IMG/VR virus record: IMGVR_UViG_3300033121_001335
Span: 64,001-82,695 of that record
Strand: one strand, 5' to 3'
Length of the DNA: 18,695 nucleotides
Origin: a virus
Lineage: Duplodnaviria; Heunggongvirae; Uroviricota; Caudoviricetes
Part shown: positions 15,601 through 18,695 of the stretch, piece by piece
How the letters are laid out: the number at the start of each line of letters is the position of its first letter
Position numbering within the stretch: the stretch's first letter is position 1
Program-made: the position numbers and the translations under genes
The notes under the pieces: generated by a model
Databases searched by the model: none
Told to the model about the DNA's origin: nothing
The model's input: the letters and a program-made list of their open reading frames with translations, nothing else

Positions 15601-18600
15601 AGTTTTATCAACATCTATATATTTCCCCCCATCTTTGAGTTGTGTATTAATATCTAGCATAAGTCTTTCAGCCCCTTTGAGAAAGAGTAGTCCTTGCTCG
15701 GCTAGTGGGCCAAACTCTTGCTTCACCTGAAGCTCTCTAATGGCTCCAGATATGGCGTTAAGCTGTTCTATCTTTAACACCTTATTTAAATCCTTCTGTT
15801 TATAAAGTGTTTGGTGTAGCTTTTCAAGGGCTTTTATATATTCATCCACCTTAATATTTCCAGATGATTGTTCATCAATAGCTACAGGAAGAAGATAGCG
15901 TTTTGTTTCTTGCTTAATATCCACCTCTGGAAATGTAATAGCAGAAAGCTCAACATCCCCTGTTTTCTTATCCACCCTACCCTTAAATATAATGGGCATA
16001 GCCTGAGCCACTATAACGGCTTTCTCTTTATCCGTATCTTTTAAATTATAGCTTTCTAAAATTCTTTTGTATTGAGATAGCTGTATTTTATAGTCTTGTT
16101 GGGAAAAGAATGGAATATCAGAGTATATGTCTGTATTTAGGAATTTGGTTTTCCAATCATATATCATGATTTGACCATTTGGTGTAATCCCAAATAAGTC
16201 AATGGTTCCTGCTACATCCCTGTTCTTTCTTTCATCATAAACAATAGTTTCTGTTCTAAAGAGGGTTCCTTCCGGGAATTGTGTCTGAAGAATTCCGGGT
16301 ATATATTCTCCCTCTTCCATATATCCTATAAGATATTGTGAAAGAGCTTTAAAAGCTGCCGGATGCATATTTGTTGGTATAGAAGATAGGTCTATTTCAT
16401 TAAATGGCTTTAAATAACCATCAGCATCTGTAGACGCATCTATTATATTCTCTGCATCAGCGTGGAACTGGGAACCAAATGAAGCTTTTTGTTTATAAGT
16501 GTTCTTTTGTATAGGTGTGGCATCTTCAAATCTGGCTAATACTTCTGGTCTTTTACTTTCTTTAACAAAATCCGTAACCCTTTTACTAACCTTTCCAACT
16601 TTACCATCCTTAGCTCTTTGATAAAAGTTAGTATCATCTTGTTCATCAAATTCAGCTTTTCCCGTAATCTTTTCCACTTGGAAATCTACAAGCTTTTTGT
16701 CAAATCTGCTGGAGATTTCTTTTTGAAGGGCCTTTTGTTCAGATGTTAATTGATAATAAGGACTACCAAGAGCTATAATTTGTCGTGCAAGCTCTTCATT
16801 TCCACCTAATTGTTTAAGAGCTATATCATATGGAGCTGTTTTTATTTTTGCCCAAACCTTAAACCCCTCTATATCTTGTTTAGAACCTAATATATGTATT
16901 TGTTCTGGTTCAAATACTACAGCTTGGTTATTATCTATAACTATTCCATCCCCATTAATGCTATTTTTAGCAATTAAATTTTCTGCTGTTTCATTGTTTA
17001 TTTCTACCCAGTTATCATTTACTCTTTCATAATATTTAATGTTAGATTTAGTACCATCTATACTTTCTATCATTAAATATGAACCATGATAAACCTTACC
17101 AGTTTTACTTTGTGCAGCATTAGTTTCTAAATTCCATAGTGTTTTTGCAAACTTTTCATTATTGGAAATAAGTTCTTGTAATTTATCATAAGATGTTTCA
17201 GGTTTAACTATATTAATTAAAGAAGGATTATCAAATTTATAACCTTGTTTACCAAAAAGTCCAGAATTTTTAAAGTAAAAATAAACACCTTTAAAATTCC
17301 CTATCCAATCTCTACTAAAAGATTGTTTAGTAAAATCTATATTACTACCATGATAAACAATATCTTTTATTTTACTATCAGGAAATATAGTATCTAAGTA
17401 TTGAGAGTACTGTTCTTGTGTACCTATATTGGCTAATTCTGGAGATTGTTCAAATACTTCGTTTACGCCTGTTTTTGTGCTTGTTGTAACGTCTTGATTA
17501 GTGGGGGCATGAAGCTGCTCATAAAAATATTTGACAACAGCCTGATAATCACCAGCTTTGAATGTATCAATTAGGGCATTTTTAAAATGTTGTTTACCAT
17601 CCTTAGCTGGCTTCTCTGTAAAATTATCTATAATTTTCTGTGCTAATATTTTAACAGGAGCTCCTTCTTTAGCTAAATCGTCAAAGCTTTCAACAGCCTC
17701 TTGGAATGGATTGAAGCCAGCTTTCTTATTAAGCACACCAAAGAAGGCTAGGATGCGCTCCCACCATGTTTTAGCTTGTTGTAATAATTCTGGGTGCTCT
17801 GTCTGTCCTTCTTCACTGTTTATATACATTTCTGATAGAAGCTTGCCTATAGCCTCTTTCTTAAGCTTTACAATATTAGGGCCGCCATCCGTATTCTGAT
17901 ATTTAGAATCAAGGCTATACAACTGTTTTACACTTGTGTATATGTTATATTTCCCTATTTTGTTCATCATTTCTTTGAACAATTCAGGATTGGTGAGCTC
18001 TATAATATCAACAGCAAAGTGCATGGTTTCTTCAGTAATGGCGACATCCTCTTTTCCTTCAGCTAACTGGATAAGGTTGTTCAGCATGCTGGCTGCTCCA
18101 TTAATACCACCCTCTGGTTGAAGAGTTTGTATTTCTACACCGAGTCTATGGAGCCATTCCTTCACCTTTTTAATTGTTTTAGGAGAAGCCTTGGATTGTG
18201 TTATTCCTTCTTTTTGGAGAAAGACAGATTGAAAAGCCTTATTAGTAATTGTTACTTCATACCAACCATTTCCGTATTCATCAGTAATGCGAGTAGGATT
18301 ATATCCTTGTTTTTTAAGAATATTGAAAATGGCGGTTTCATAAAAAGTACTAATAGCTGCAAATGCTGTTTTGTTAGTTTTAGCATTTTCTATTTCTCTT
18401 TCCAAAATAGCAATTTCATTCCTATTTGCTGCCAACTTATCCCCACTTATAACCCTGTAATCAGCGTTAGTTTTTGAATATTTTTCGGCATCTTCTTTGT
18501 TTTCATAGCTTGCTAGTCCTGCTCCTTGTTTATTAATAGTCCACCATTTACTTGCTAAACTTTTTAATCTATCTTCTTTTAGCTTGATGAATCCACTAAG

Positions 18601-18695
18601 GGTCTCTTGGCCTTCTATTTTATTAGCAGTGTCACCAACAGGAAACAACACCTTCTCATATCCTTTCTTAGCACTATCTTGTATAATAGATTTAA
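12685..18695 (-). CDS. giant polyvalent virion/ejection-type protein (>2000 aa, 5'-truncated) with zincin-like, ADP-ribosyltransferase-like and PD-(D/E)XK domains and a long helical C-terminus
   Basis: The frame stays open past the track's GTG 18651 to the window edge (KSIIQDSAKKGYEKVLFP). EETMH at 18019-18033. YHGS...GVYF...VVFEPEQI at 16852-17469. GSQFH...E...AGTIDL...IYDWKT...QLSQY at about 15880-16593. The C-terminal MFKRW..RFG...N...G.YE.GR resembles large crAss-like virion proteins. Confidence 0.8.
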   Translation of the reverse strand, partial: KSIIQDSAKKGYEKVLFPVGDTANKIEGQETLSGFIKLKEDRLKSLASKWWTINKQGAGLASYENKEDAEKYSKTNADYRVISGDKLAANRNEIAILEREIENAKTNKTAFAAISTFYETAIFNILKKQGYNPTRITDEYGNGWYEVTITNKAFQSVFLQKEGITQSKASPKTIKKVKEWLHRLGVEIQTLQPEGGINGAASMLNNLIQLAEGKEDVAITEETMHFAVDIIELTNPELFKEMMNKIGKYNIYTSVKQLYSLDSKYQNTDGGPNIVKLKKEAIGKLLSEMYINSEEGQTEHPELLQQAKTWWERILAFFGVLNKKAGFNPFQEAVESFDDLAKEGAPVKILAQKIIDNFTEKPAKDGKQHFKNALIDTFKAGDYQAVVKYFYEQLHAPTNQDVTTSTKTGVNEVFEQSPELANIGTQEQYSQYLDTIFPDSKIKDIVYHGSNIDFTKQSFSRDWIGNFKGVYFYFKNSGLFGKQGYKFDNPSLINIVKPETSYDKLQELISNNEKFAKTLWNLETNAAQSKTGKVYHGSYLMIESIDGTKSNIKYYERVNDNWVEINNETAENLIAKNSINGDGIVIDNNQAVVFEPEQIHILGSKQDIEGFKVWAKIKTAPYDIALKQLGGNEELARQIIALGSPYYQLTSEQKALQKEISSRFDKKLVDFQVEKITGKAEFDEQDDTNFYQRAKDGKVGKVSKRVTDFVKESKRPEVLARFEDATPIQKNTYKQKASFGSQFHADAENIIDASTDADGYLKPFNEIDLSSIPTNMHPAAFKALSQYLIGYMEEGEYIPGILQTQFPEGTLFRTETIVYDERKNRDVAGTIDLFGITPNGQIMIYDWKTKFLNTDIYSDIPFFSQQDYKIQLSQYKRILESYNLKDTDKEKAVIVAQAMPIIFKGRVDKKTGDVELSAITFPEVDIKQETKRYLLPVAIDEQSSGNIKVDEYIKALEKLHQTLYKQKDLNKVLKIEQLNAISGAIRELQVKQEFGPLAEQGLLFLKGAERLMLDINTQLKDGGKYIDVDKTKLEEYRGRIKNVVDNIHKYQSTYALFIDIYGKDGLTEKQEDTLKSLERLALDSSVLGKDIEAEYRQFIAHYYANKEGINLLKTEKPIKGVINRSIQSLSRMQNVALQYLRTVTSRANFEKQKNAISKQEEFEALLKPFEQLASSKGLSKKDAFILIAGKNKLGKPMNQLMNRIKTEFYTEFKKAISSEQPDVDWIKENINLEKWQEAKDKDIESFNKQVDDSIYVIGDPEQDNIEKTRKKAEYKQRMDISKPSSPGWKREDLKFYIKDEDKWETDEYKAMSADKAALDLYNFIIALNREAKDVGYHDGNYKFSTRFLPWLRASTLDRIKNSGLSAIGDSIKSIYTLTPEEEISYARVDPNTGQIEKRIPAFFTKNFAEEIRDKDGNLEGYDLSDVSTDIGETISMYIEAMYEYKSLSDIEGAVQSVRDIEAGKKAYLLDSKGRIVVEKGTGKLEKDVDNKANVALYDSFVDAILYKQQYSGDSNLSTGVTKMIEKANQYFRLKVFGLNVFTPMTTFIGGNLQGLINSRKLYKGREFLKNEMKIIGNLWGKEGNIEKGLMDYFLPFTENRARLKAERMSLDKIQRFSFSDLVMSPIRKTDVLVQMATSLSILNNTIVIDGQLINAREYVLNSPEFRDRYKNNTAKSLEKTYEERVRTLINQKGVMKLAKFNEKGLLEIEGVDRDSETTNKLRLKILNEIRTITGNLSEENKIDADRNILLKSVMMFKRWIPPLATNRFGGLQKNVDTNQYEMGRTRMVWNILFDGDGHWFKGIPQGIKTLRDMVAGNSEGIAALEKYYIRTAQTYKERTGNDLEMSPEEFYDMTRRAITQQAKEIGVLLTLLSGFMALKGAGVPDDDETKNFYRVSVRMLDKLTDEISFYYNPLSLQQITTGSWMPSLGLLTDGIKFTNSFRREANAIIFGNEQQAENAHPTKDFFSMIPIANQFFKTFVPLIDAETAKDLGISISTESRRQ

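Noticed and set aside
139-18477. Antisense or overlapping ORFs in the track (e.g. 139-387, 863-1102, 1322-1576, 4196-4378, 4755-4958, 5501-5770, 6266-6592, 7340-7531, 7729-7944, 8530-8943, 9735-10001, 13322-13624, 14111-14296, 15125-15388, 17558-17899, 17936-18121, 18118-18477)
   Set aside because: They lie opposite better-supported genes, have no recognisable motifs, and show the Phe/Leu/Ser-rich composition of shadow frames.
1-18695. Stop-codon recoding (TAG or TGA read-through), as in some crAss-like phages
   Set aside because: Genes of 3.4 kb and 6 kb are uninterrupted in code 11, ORFs tile the window densely, and TAG (4311, 7008, 12685) and TGA end genes at sensible boundaries.

Overview
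This is an AT-rich, gene-dense fragment of a tailed phage genome, most likely infecting Bacteroidota and possibly crAss-like or related. The host call is inferred from TAnnTTTG promoter boxes, AT-rich starts with A at -3, and the protein families present. Two transcription units converge on a bidirectional terminator at 4264-4289. The + strand unit (1-4279) encodes an HNH-like protein, a HAD hydrolase, small unknowns, two SAM methyltransferases (one resembling MycE/ElmM sugar O-methyltransferases) and a GT11-GT2/GT7 fusion. The - strand unit, read from the right edge, encodes a >2000-aa polyvalent virion-type protein (zincin-like, ADP-ribosyltransferase-like and PD-(D/E)XK domains; 5' end outside the window), a 1125-aa tail fibre/adhesin, a small tail-type protein, a 41-aa Cys-rich ORF and a gene remnant. 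It continues with a holin-like protein, two more GT-A glycosyltransferases, a putative structural protein, a Dps/ferritin-like protein and two unknowns. The main candidate system is a phage-encoded glycan pathway (four GT domains plus two methyltransferases) interleaved with virion genes, suggesting virion glycosylation with methylated sugars. Other notable signals: an identical 12-mer exactly 43 nt upstream of a TAnnTTTG box in two intergenic regions; an 85-codon in-frame insertion in the tail fibre bounded by a 7-bp direct repeat; a low-GC ART module in the giant protein; and a CpG-rich patch holding a paralog remnant. All family calls are from motif recognition by eye; no searches were run. 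No rRNA, tRNA, CRISPR array or IS element was seen.
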